From positions 21,576,001 through 21,640,000 of the forward strand of contig OZ365116.1 in the NCBI GenBank assembly GCA_977030845.1: DNA of 64,000 bases, written 5' to 3'. A program made the position numbers and the translations under genes. The notes beneath the pieces are model-generated. The model worked only from the letters and a program-made list of their open reading frames with translations. It had not been told where the DNA came from and did no database searches. The DNA comes from Fimbriosthenelais zetlandica. Taxonomy: Eukaryota. Shown in pieces: positions 38,101 through 50,100 of this stretch (position 1 is the stretch's first letter; each line of letters opens with the position of its first letter).

Positions 38101-41100
38101 AGCACATTGTCCTTGTCATTTGGGAATGTGCTGAAATCATAATGGAGACAATATTGATTCTTTTCCCATAACTTTTCAGGGAATTGATGTAGAACTATCA
38201 GGCGAGGAAATTATATTTGGATCATTTCCCCATTTATTAAGGGTCATTTCTAAAGATACATTTTGAAAGAAAGTTTTATTCACAGTATCTTGAGAAATAT
38301 TTAAATGGAGGGCACATGTAATTGACTTTACACCAAACATTACAGTTATTATCTAATAATTGCCTCAAATGAATGTCTGCATTTCTAAGTTGAATGTCAC
38401 ATTGGGCCTGACATTTGTAGTTCTCCCTCAACTGAATTTTAAATTCATAATTTTTGCGGAGGTTTATGACTTGGAAATGTCATGTTACCCGGTAGGAAAC
38501 CTGCGGACAATAGACCGTTGTCCCAGGTGAAGATTTCCTCTATACTAAAGGTGTTTACCGGGCACCTTTCAAATAAAGTCCAAGACTTAAATACAATCCC
38601 AGTGGAGGAGGCTGGCAGCTCCCATTCAACAACCAGTACTTATATGTTCACGTCTTCAGAGAATTGTCCACATCCAAAGCAGGGAACAATGGACTTGGCG
38701 CGAATCTTTTTAAAAGATAAAACAGGGAACTTCAAATTGAACTCTAAGCCTATAGGTAAAGTTTGTATCCCTGCTTGTACTTAGTGATTCCCAACTGAGT
38801 TTTGAGGAGCGAGTCTTATAACTGTTATCCACTGTGTGTACGACCTTGTGTATGACCTTGCAGCTCTATATACGCTAACAGCCATATATCTCAGCCTATA
38901 ACAGTGGATTCAGATCATTATGCCCAATTAAAATCCACCGGGTCATTTTTGTGCCAAGTGCAATTACACACAGTGAGAGTACAACATGGATATGTATGCA
39001 CATAAATTGGCAGATCACTTCAAGAGAGAATGTGAATGACCAAGTGTTATAGACCTGCTTCACATTGGCCGATCAGGCAAGCCTGGTCAGACATTATTGA
39101 CCGAGCTTTAAGCCAAGATGTCAAGGTGTCTTGGCCTCTAATAGACCTACATGGATATAAAGTAGCAGTGAAACATGTGTGCACATAGCCCATCAAGCTG
39201 CATCCAAACAAATAGTCAGATACGGAAATGGCTGAAACCTCACCTCAACTGGTTCAAGGGGAACAAACTAATTTCCAGAACATGTGCTGGAGTTCTCCGC
39301 TTATAGGGCCTACATGAACAGGGCTGAAAAAATGTGTCAGAAGGAAAAGTGGCCAAACACAAGCCACATACCAATATCCTGATAAAAAGATCATGCTATC
39401 TGTGTACAGCCTCCACAATGTATGTGATTGCCTACATGCAATACTGCCTCATTTTTTCTGCATTCTCAAGAGATTGCATTCGAGCTCAAGCTGGATATTC
39501 ATGGGAATTCACAAACTGTTCTGGAGAACGAATTCAGAGAAGCATTCTAAGGGAGGAAATAGAGGTCAGCTATTGAATATTGCAATAAAAAGTTGTTTAC
39601 ACATGTTATATAAGTGTTCTTTACACATGCACCACAGTCGTACTTGTTATATAGCATTTGGTCCCAAGACATAATAATCTATTCACATGATTAAATCTCA
39701 GGTATGCTAGAGTGGAAATAAGTTTTCTACCTCAAAACTGTTTTGCTGTAGAGAATTCCTTTTTAGGAAGCTTTCCATGGGGCTATTTATATTGATAGGA
39801 TAAAAATGATCATGTGCGGATTTGTCGACCATTTTAGTGCTAGCCTCATTGTATGTGGAGACTAATGTTGATGTTGTAGTCCGTGTATGACTTCCCAAAG
39901 CCAGCCCTCCATTGTGACCAGGCAGTCTTCTGCCCAAGGCCGGTTTGCCGATCGAGACAGAGGGTGTCAGTTTTCTTTGTCAAGCCGGAATGTAAGCTTC
40001 AGCTCGTTGGTTCAGCTTTTATTGGGGAGAAAAGAAGAAGGCACGTAGGCGGCAGATACCAGGAGAGAGCAAGCGACGGGTGGAGAAGGAATCCATACAC
40101 CTGGTGTAATGACCATACATGTATACACATTCATTCATATCTATATGTACATCATTCATAGGCCTACACATATTAACACATACCTCAATCAATAATACCA
40201 GCTAGCTGGTAATTTATACCAACACTGATACTGACATTATGAGCTAAAGAAAACATCGCATTTAAACTTTCATCCTTCCTTACAGTTAGTTCCATGCACC
40301 AAGGGGCAAACTGAAAATACGATTACAGGGATGTGGGTGGGAAACGCATGGTATTATCTTCGAAGCATGTTTCCTTACTTTTTTTCTGCAGGATTAGGTT
40401 CATTTACATTCATCGGATTTCTATTAATTTGCATGAACATCATTTCAATGCAGACTTGCGAAAAAAATGCTTCAGTTGAGTTCCCTGTCGACCAGTCTGA
40501 AGTTGATTTTTTAATGGACTGGATTATAAAAATCAATGCTGGCTAGACGTCTTTTAAATGTTTTTATAACTGCATGAGATGGCATAGAAGTTCCCAATAA
40601 TTACCAGTTCAACAGCTCAGCAGATATTATTCTGGGTCAAGAGGGGAGGGGGCAGTATCCCTTTCCAGCTTAAATGTCCAATAAGAAAGTTACAGTTTCT
40701 GTTTTGAAGATCTTGCAATCAGTCCAAATAACAAAGTGTGTAAAAAAGTAGAGGCAGCATTCTCATCTCTGTTCTGCTTTTAATCTAAACACAGGTCTCA
40801 ATATCGATGAATAGACAGTTAAAGTCTCAGTCAGTTCCAGTCTGCATGCAAATTTAAAAGGCAGATCTTACCCAGACCTAGTCCACTGGGATTGATTCCC
40901 TTCGTTTTTTTGGCCACAGATCATTCGTTAATGGAAATCCCTAATGTTGCGACACTCCAAGTCGTCCTCATCTCTCCCCTGAGCTGCTTTCTGCGGCTCA
41001 TTTTACATGAAATGAACCATCTGGTATGCTACCCATGGCAGCTATGTGCTCATGAAATTAAACTGCTTGCTTAAGGTCATTGCTAAGCAAAGCTTGAAGA

Positions 41101-44100
41101 CTGGCCTTTTCACGTCTAGAGACTATAGGTATTGGTGCAGGGCACGATATGGCGGTGAAGCTCACTATATAGTTAATGAAATAGAGGCATTTCTCCCACT
41201 TATTGGTTCATAAGAAAGGCGTTTGATGGCCCAATAGTGCATTCACTCGGGTCAATTGGATAAGAGCCGTAGGTGGAGGCTGCCTTCTTTTTCATTCTTA
41301 ATGGGGATGCCGATCATTTCAGAGTGTATTTTTCACTGCTCTGATTCATAGAACTCAATGAGTAGTAGATAATGTGGGACTGGTGTGCGTCTGATAAAAG
41401 CATGAATTAGACGAGCTCCAAGAAGATCATCCATTTAGCAGAGACAGCGAGCCGGTTTACCCACAAGCTTCCTCCCATTGCAGTACATCTTTCTCATGTG
41501 CACACCTTAGCTGAGACAGCTGTCTTAGTCATGGCAGTTCACATATTCCCACGAGACTCCTAAATTTGCTCTTATTGGTAGCAATTATAAGCAAAATGTT
41601 TACTTGGGAAGAAAAGCGAGAGAATAAGACACTTTATAACCTTTGGAGGTGGATGAGGATATAGCCTTGAAATACAGTATTTCATGAACATTTAAATTCA
41701 ATATATCCTATTGTATTAACTATATAATGTAGCTGGTAATTTCACACGTTGGCAGTAGACTGACAGGTTTATGTCGAAACTTTCTGACATTCTAAGTGTT
41801 TTCCAGACGGAGCATTTGCAGCGTCAGCAAATATGGCAGATAGACGTGGAGTTAGTTTGGAACCCATCTGCCAGATGTACTTAATATACCGAACATTGAT
41901 CTATCTATAAGTCAGCTACATGTAGTAGAGAAATGGAGACTACATGCAGTCAATCATGTAACGGACACTTCCTTCCTGTAGAACTTAATGCAGTGTAGAT
42001 TCCTTCCTAATAGAAATACATCTACATCTAGTTTTAACATTTCTTCCCTGTACTCATGAATTTAGTGAATTCAGAATTCTTGTTGAGAGAATAGTCACTC
42101 TGCCATGTAATATATCCAAGCATCTATAGGGACTTATATATTTTTCTGTTACCTATACTCCTATAGTGCTCTTCAATCAGCCTTGACTGAGGGATGGGTC
42201 TATGTTTTAAGGCCGCAGCTTGATATACGACAACATCACACCTGTCCCGTCCATATCAATGTACTCACTGGGTGGCACATTGATGGATTGATTGAGAAAT
42301 TTACTCTCCTTTGCATAAAGGGATTAGATTTTCTCAATTTGTCCTGGAATAACACTAACCGACGTATAAACTGGGGTGTTAATTATGTGGTCTGTGTTCA
42401 AAACTTGCTACTGAATACTGTACAGGATGGCCTGGCCCTGAATCCATTATCAGAAACCCATTAGAGAATGTTGAAAAATAAAACAAATTAAAACTGAAAC
42501 TAGTCTCTGGGCTATAGAAGCTTTCACACCTCCGCCTTTTTGCCATATTCAATTAAGGATGAGGACTTGTTGAGGGCTACCAAGTAGCACAATCCAGGGA
42601 TATTGTTCGTTAATCCCAGACATTGGGCAAATCCTGCCGCGCGGTGAACCATCTTGAGTGAGTGTCACCTTTCACCTTCATCCCTTCTCTCCCTCTATTC
42701 TCCCACCCTTACATCCAGCCTTGTCCCTCAACCTCACATATCTGATCTTTTATCATTCAATTCCTCAAGGTCCGTATTCCTTCTAGAGATTCGCTTAACT
42801 ACTCTAGTCTACAACCTTCACAACATCCTCCCATCAATGCATCGCGTTTTAATTACTTCCAGGTCCTCATTTTCAAATACTTTCCGTCAAGTAAAGGACT
42901 GTAACAATCCCTTTCACCCAATCCACCTACATTTCGGACACAATCTTGAAATAGCTCCAATTTCCGTTGGTCTATTGTCTCGTGAATTGTCCAGTTACTA
43001 TTCACCAGCATTAATCAGACGTATTATTGTATTGTTAGAGGTGGATTTGGCAGGCAATGAGGATTATGCAATATGGAAATAAAAACGTGAATATGGAAAT
43101 TCGTTTTCACTGTGGACACAAATGGTCGTTCTCAAGCAACAAAGAACATGGAGGGATCATTGAGATATTGTTACAACTTTAATAAACAGTTGGTTGTAAT
43201 TCCATTCAGAAACAATTGCTTCGGAACTTTCCCCGGTGATTTTTATTAGTCTTTACAAACGCTGATTTTTGACCTTTAAATTCCACAAATGTGTGTTGAA
43301 GCAACCTATTATTTACCCTCAATATGCTTCAATTCAGGCTTTGTTCAGTATTTTCTCTTTTGAGGCGGCTTCATTTTGGGGCCGAAAGAGCTTTTAATTT
43401 CATTTTGAAATACATTTGGTTGATGAAGGGCATGTTTCATATTTTTCCACATGGACAGCATCAATGGGGATTCAAGCCCTGAATCATGATTTACTAAAAT
43501 CACGATTTTTGAGTTGAAGTCCTGGGCAATGTTTGAATGGCATAGATTGTGATGCCAACTAGTATAGCTCAAAAATATTCTGGCATTAGCGCCTGAAATG
43601 TGCAAGAAGAAAACCTGGCGTGCCGTGGATTGTTGTCGCATGGTGAATGCATGCATTTTCGTCTTTATTGTAGCCATTGTCCGCGGCACGCAGCCTCCCG
43701 GCACCGCGTGCTTCACCAAACATCTCATACCTCCCATTATAACAGGCCACCACTGACTGGCCCAGTCAATACGCCTGCTGGCTTTTTATTTCCCCCATTT
43801 GCAACGCCAGTCTTTTTGCATTGTATCTCTCGTCAATCTGCTGACCCTCCTGGGTTATAACCCCTCTCATCTTTTCTCCCATCATCTTTATAAGGTTGAG
43901 AAGTCAAGGAATCCCCCCAACAATCTCTCCACCCTCCCCACCCCCCCGCTTTCCCATACAGCATTAAATTCATCTTTGCCCCTTCCGGCTACAAGGCCGG
44001 TTATTGAATGTGTAAAGAGACACAACATGGCTGAGAGCATAAGGTGGTTGGCGAGAAGAGGAGATTGGGCACAGAAATTCATCATGCAGTTGCAAACCTG

Positions 44101-47100
44101 GGAGAAGGAGAAAAACTCTGATTGCCTTTATTTTCACATCCTGTCGTCCCAACAATCCCTGGGCGAATAAAATCTTGAATTAATAAGGTTTCTAAAATAA
44201 ATCCCATCTTTCTCAATATGATGCACTGATACAGATCATGTGAAAATAACAGGCTTTACTTGGGTTTGACATTTGACAAAAATGATCTCTGACAAATGTG
44301 CATAGAATTTATAATAGCTCAGGGTGCTGCTTTTCTGGGAGACTTTCAGCAGAAGTTCGTATTTCAATGTCTGGTGGAAAACCAAAACTAATATTGTGTC
44401 TGGAAACTGTGGTGTTTATTTGTTAAACAATGCATGATTGAAATTGTTCAATGGATTATTCGGGACAATGAATTCAATAAGGAGTTTGTCTTGACCCAAG
44501 ATGGATAAAATGGCTTATTATCGCTTGATAATCCAGCAGAAAATGAAAGGTACTTGACAGTGTGCAATTCAACGTCATGCAACGCATCTAAAGTTCAAAT
44601 GTTCACTTTGAGTAACTGGAGCAGATGTTCCTCACAGTTCCTTTCTTATGACAAAAAGCGTCACTTGTTCTAATTAATACAGAATTACGGGTGCATCCGA
44701 GCAAAAGGAAATCTTATTTATTTTTTTTCAATTTTGCTCGATGAGACTTTCACCTTGGAATATTTTGCATTCATGTCTCTATAGGAAGAGTTCAAATCCA
44801 TTGTTTTTTACTTCTAAGTGAAACAATCCGCAGCATGCAGGAAATATTCATGAACAAAACATTTAATTAATCTCTCAATGCAGCCTAACTGAACCATGCA
44901 ACATTTCCTCACATATAAGGAATAATACTCTTTCATATGGAATAATTTGACTTGAACGACTGACAGCATCCTAATGTAAAGTCTGCAAGTCGTTTTAAGC
45001 AATGTTCAGCGATGGGTAGGCACAAAAGCTAGCAACCAATGGGGAAAATAGAGAACTAATATTCCCTTGCCCAGAGTTTTACCATGGAGTGACAACGTTC
45101 ACTTGATCATGGGCCACAAGTGTTCATCAGACCACTAACTGGAGACTCATTTGGGTTAGTGTGCAATCATTTCTAAACGCTCTCTTCCGATTAGGCATTT
45201 ACCAACCTCTACAACTCCCATTGACACACAAAATACTGGGTAGGGGAAGTGGGCGAAAGAAAGAAGTGTCAGACGATGACTCCATACCAAAGTCTGGTGA
45301 ATGATGGAGAAATATTCTCTCAGTCTTTTGCCGGTATACAAATTGGACTATTTATGAATCGCGAATAAATACTGTCGGCCTTTCTATCGACCTGTCTACT
45401 TACGTAATCTTACCTCATGTCTGGAAATTTATTTCACCTGATAGACTGTCCCCATCCTTGTTCCCCAAGGCTTCAAATCAGCATGTTTCTAATGTGACTA
45501 TTATACCATGAGAAAGGCGCAGCCCGCGGGGAGATGAAGCCAAGTCTAATGTCTACCACGACCAATTCAAACAACTAGCTTCGTTGATGGTAAAGATTTA
45601 ACCAGCGGGATGAAGGGGTGAGTGACATAGCCTGTCAGCCGGGTCCTGTCCTCTCCTCCCGCTCACCCGGGAGGAATGCTATGAATGCATATTTAGATTA
45701 ATTTGTCTCCAGGGAGATCAGTCACTAACGGCTGAGCATTGAATGGACGCCATTCACGTCCGTCTCTCTGTGGCTCATTTTTCTATCAATGTTTTCCACC
45801 AAAAAACTTCCTCTCTCATATGAGGGATAGCTACCCACTATACAAATATAGGCTTCTTTACAAGATGGATGTGATGAGATTGGAATGGGTAAGGTAGGAC
45901 TTTCACAACTTTTTTCATTTCCGCGGCCAAGTTCTCATGTTTTGCGGGAGAGCTCTCAATTCCACATAACATTTCCAGAATGCTTTGTGGGACAAATTAA
46001 GTGCGCTAAATGTGATGGATTGGTTCCTCACAGTACTTTGCCACAACATAGATCAAAATGTTGCTTACTGTGGCAAGAACAAATGCCTCCATCCGACAGC
46101 ACGTTGCCACTCCCTTTGTTGTTCTTATAATTCTTTCAGGAGCCACGGACAAGAGGGTCAAATGTCAGGGTGTCCAGTCAGATGGTTTCTGCACACATCC
46201 TTTTGGTGCATGAGAGGGACATATTAGTGCAACCCAGCACAGCTTTGTAGTTCAGAGAAGAGGAAAATTGTGAAGCTCCGTGTTTCCTATCAAAAGGATT
46301 GGATCAATTACAATGACCTTATGTTGATTTGGTAGTATGGGAAAGAGCAGTATATGGAACATATTGCACTACATTATAAATACAGAGGGTTTGGCCTGAT
46401 TCCATAACAATAGCTGCGAATCATAAGTTCAAATATGTCGTGGAGCAGTGTATATTTTCCTTTATCATTTACGCCTTTCATCTGTCAATTATATGTTAGG
46501 GCAGTGAGTATAGGGGTTGGGACAGGTACCATGTGTGCCTTTTTCATTAGTGACCATTTCCTGGTGGCGTGATATTGAATCTTTTCGGGAGTTTCAATAC
46601 TGCTGCTTGTCCGGCATGTAAATGGGGTTTGCATGAGTGGTCAGTTGAGCTGCTCTTTATGCTCTCAAAATGACGGGTCAGAGCTCGCGGCCTGACACCT
46701 TCTCCACTTATGTATTCTACACATGCGAGGCCTCCCACTCAAATCTCACTCACCAATGATAACACTTAGAAGTAACCAACCCATGTGCCATTTAATAACA
46801 TTATTCCTTACCACACCATATTTTCATCTTCTACATTACATACAGTCCCCAGAGTGTATTGAACATTATTGTAAATGCATATTACGGGGCACATCTGCAT
46901 AGGTTGACTTCTTGGGCTTTTTATAGTCATATTTCCACCTCATATGGCATAGGATTGGAAGTCTGTAATGCATCTAAAAGCGTCGTAATGGCTAATGAAA
47001 CTCACCAGTACCTGTATGTCAAAAAAGTCTAAAAGTTGTATTAGCTGAGGATCCGCATCCACCCAGAAAGATTGGATTCTGTTTTGATTTTATACATGGC

Positions 47101-50100
47101 GTATTGCTGTTTTTAATCCCTCATTAGAGGGATGTTTTGTAGCAAGTATGGCCTGATATCTATAGCTCCGTAAAACATTAGCACCAGTGGCTAATGTTAA
47201 TTCTGACGTTTTTTACCTTTCTTCCATCTCGGCCATTGGATTATGCTTCAAGCACAATGGCCTTGGCTTGCGATACCTCCTCTCCCTGAAAATCCGATTA
47301 GTGCTGTACCCGACAGCGGACTGCCTTAGAACAAAGGCCGGGAATATTATCAGGGCTCACGGACTGAGGAACTTTAATTAAAGTAATTGGCAATTCACCA
47401 ATTGAATTGGTCCCAGGTGGTTCTACATTTAAAACGAGTTAGGTGGGAATGGATTGGTGAGAAAAGCATGAGAGGCGAGAAGGGTGTGACAGGCATTTAA
47501 ATAGCAGGCGGTGACAGGTTAATAGGGGCGGAGGATAGAGGGTGGGTGGACAGGAGGGGTTCACTACAGGTTCTATACAGGCTCTGATCACAGACGTTCA
47601 GTAATAATATATGATCCCTTGACAAGTTCCTCTGATCCATATGGAAGGCATTTCAGACGCTTTCCGACAGTGGAAAACCCTTAAGCGGCTGTTATACATC
47701 GGAAAGTATAACAATTGAATGAAAGGACAAAATAGAAAACAGGCTAAATATGCCATATTTGCTTATTATTACATGCTCCATCCACATGAATCAGACATAG
47801 CAAAGCAATTTCAAGATCTTGACAGCTTGGCATTGTCTAGCAAACTTTGAAGATCTTATCAAAGGAAGGGCGACAGATAAAATCATGGAAAGTTTGATGA
47901 AAGATATTGAATATCATAGGCAAATTGCTTTTCTATTTTAGAAACTGAACCGATTGAATTGCAAAATTAAAACTGTTGCAGTTAATAATTACTTCAAGAT
48001 TTCTGATTATTGAAAAGCGAAGTAGATTTCTAGTGTATTCTTTACTTCAGTAGGTGAAAATATGTCACTTTCAAATTCTGAAGAGCATTGCTTTTCAAGG
48101 AATGGCTTACGATGTCCTGGAGGAAATGTTAAACCTTGTTTAAACAGATGGGTGTGAATGAGAGGACCAAGTTTACACTATCTACCTTTTAATGTGTGTA
48201 GCCTGAGGCCCTCACATAGCCATGTTCTCAAACCAAAAGCTGCGGTTACACCAAGCTAGCCGACCAACCAAATACTGGTTTAGATGAGAACTATCATACA
48301 TGATGAGTATATGGGCATAACACCATCTGACATTACAGTAATGGAATCCACAAACACCGTTATACAATGTAGGCAACCATACAATGTGATTCAGGGAAGG
48401 TTTAGACAGCAACAAGGCTTCCAATCGGCCAATTATCCTGCTTAGTATGTGCCAGCCATTATATATCTATCAGGCTTAATACAGAAGTGTGTCTGCATAC
48501 CCTCTGACATAAGGCCTTCTCTGAGGCATAATGTCAGAACCCATTATGAAGAAAATTCATGTCCTATGCAGATGCCATCCCACACAAAATCTATACACGT
48601 GTGCTGTACTTGCCAGGCATTGACTTGCTCTCAGGCAGACAAAAGAGAGAGGATGTCTTATGCTAGTGATCCACTTAAGTTATGATGCCGGTTACGTCTA
48701 GGATTTATAATATGCACAAGGTCCTGAGAGGTACAGTAATAGCAAGGTTCATAATGTGTTGAAAAATCATTTTATCAATGTCCACAATCAATTCATATTC
48801 ATCAAACTGAAATAAGATATGCGTAATCTGAGGCAAATATCATGCATATCCAATATCAAGAATGCGCCCAGAGAATTATTCGGAAAAGTTCCCAGAACAG
48901 GATTTCGATACTCAGAACATAATGGGAAAACATAGTAATGCAGACAAAATTCTATCACAGATGTCACGATACTGCCAAGTGTGAATGGTAGTAATGCATT
49001 TTTTACTAGTGTAGATCTGCCAATTGCGGATGACATTGATAGGAATTCGCCATTAACCATATATGTCTAGGCTGGCCTACATGCGTGTGATTGAGATGGA
49101 CGGCTATCTCAGGCCCTTAGTTGACACCCCATAGTGTGTCACATTGGTCGCCAGTGTCTTGCTAAAGCCCACCATTAGTAAATTGAATAAGTTACAGACT
49201 AGGCTGTATTGGGCTTTCTTGGCGCATTAGTGACTACACCCTTATGATCAAGGCAAAAGTCAGCATTCATTTGATCCATTACTCGCCTATTACCTCAAGA
49301 CCATTATCTGCTTTGTTTGAGTAACATTTTGGAAGAACTTCTACAGGTATTTTCCAGAAACAAAAAGTTTTTCTCGACCACCTATACTTCCATCAGGTGC
49401 CGGATACGATGGTTAGAAAAAACGGGAGGAATTGATATACGATAGTATAATCCTACTTAGGCCTACAACATCTATTATTCAAAATATTGTACCACTCATT
49501 GGTGCTTGTGATAGACTGAGAGATTCGCCAGGCCATAAAAAAGAAACATTTGTCCCCATTAGCTAGCAGTCACCTCTCTTTTCATTGCGGCCAGTGGAGG
49601 GATGGGTTACTTATTAATAAAAGATAGCTCACAGCATTGCTTCTATATAATATGGCGCTGCTATTTAGTGAAGTCCTTGTGGATGCATACATCCAATTCC
49701 ATGTCCAGTTTATGAGAAATTATGAAAATGATAACCGTGCTAGGGAATTCATTGTGGCTCCATGAAATATCTCAAGATTAATTTTGTAAACCAATGGAGT
49801 AATGTTGATGGTAATTATATGAGACACGTGTGACTTTCCTCTCATCTTGAATGTCATGATGAGAAAGATATATGATCACGACCAGAGTTAGAAAGCTAAG
49901 CAATCAGCGTAAATCTGTTGCGTTATATTTATTAATCTATGTGTTCTATTGATGGGATATTTCTCCCAAAGAAATTCGCCAGACAACCACGTGTTGGACT
50001 ATGAATGCCAAGTGAACATTCATTTGACACAGAGGCCACCTGCATGTCATAAGCGTCAGTCATGGAAACATAGAAAGTCTCACTATGAGTTTCTACAACA

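Noticed and set aside
42654-43082. 142-aa ORF (longest unexplained ORF in the big intron)
   Set aside because: Non-ATG start, Ser/Leu/Pro-rich product of a pyrimidine-rich tract, no domain motif; the reverse frames I read hit early stops.
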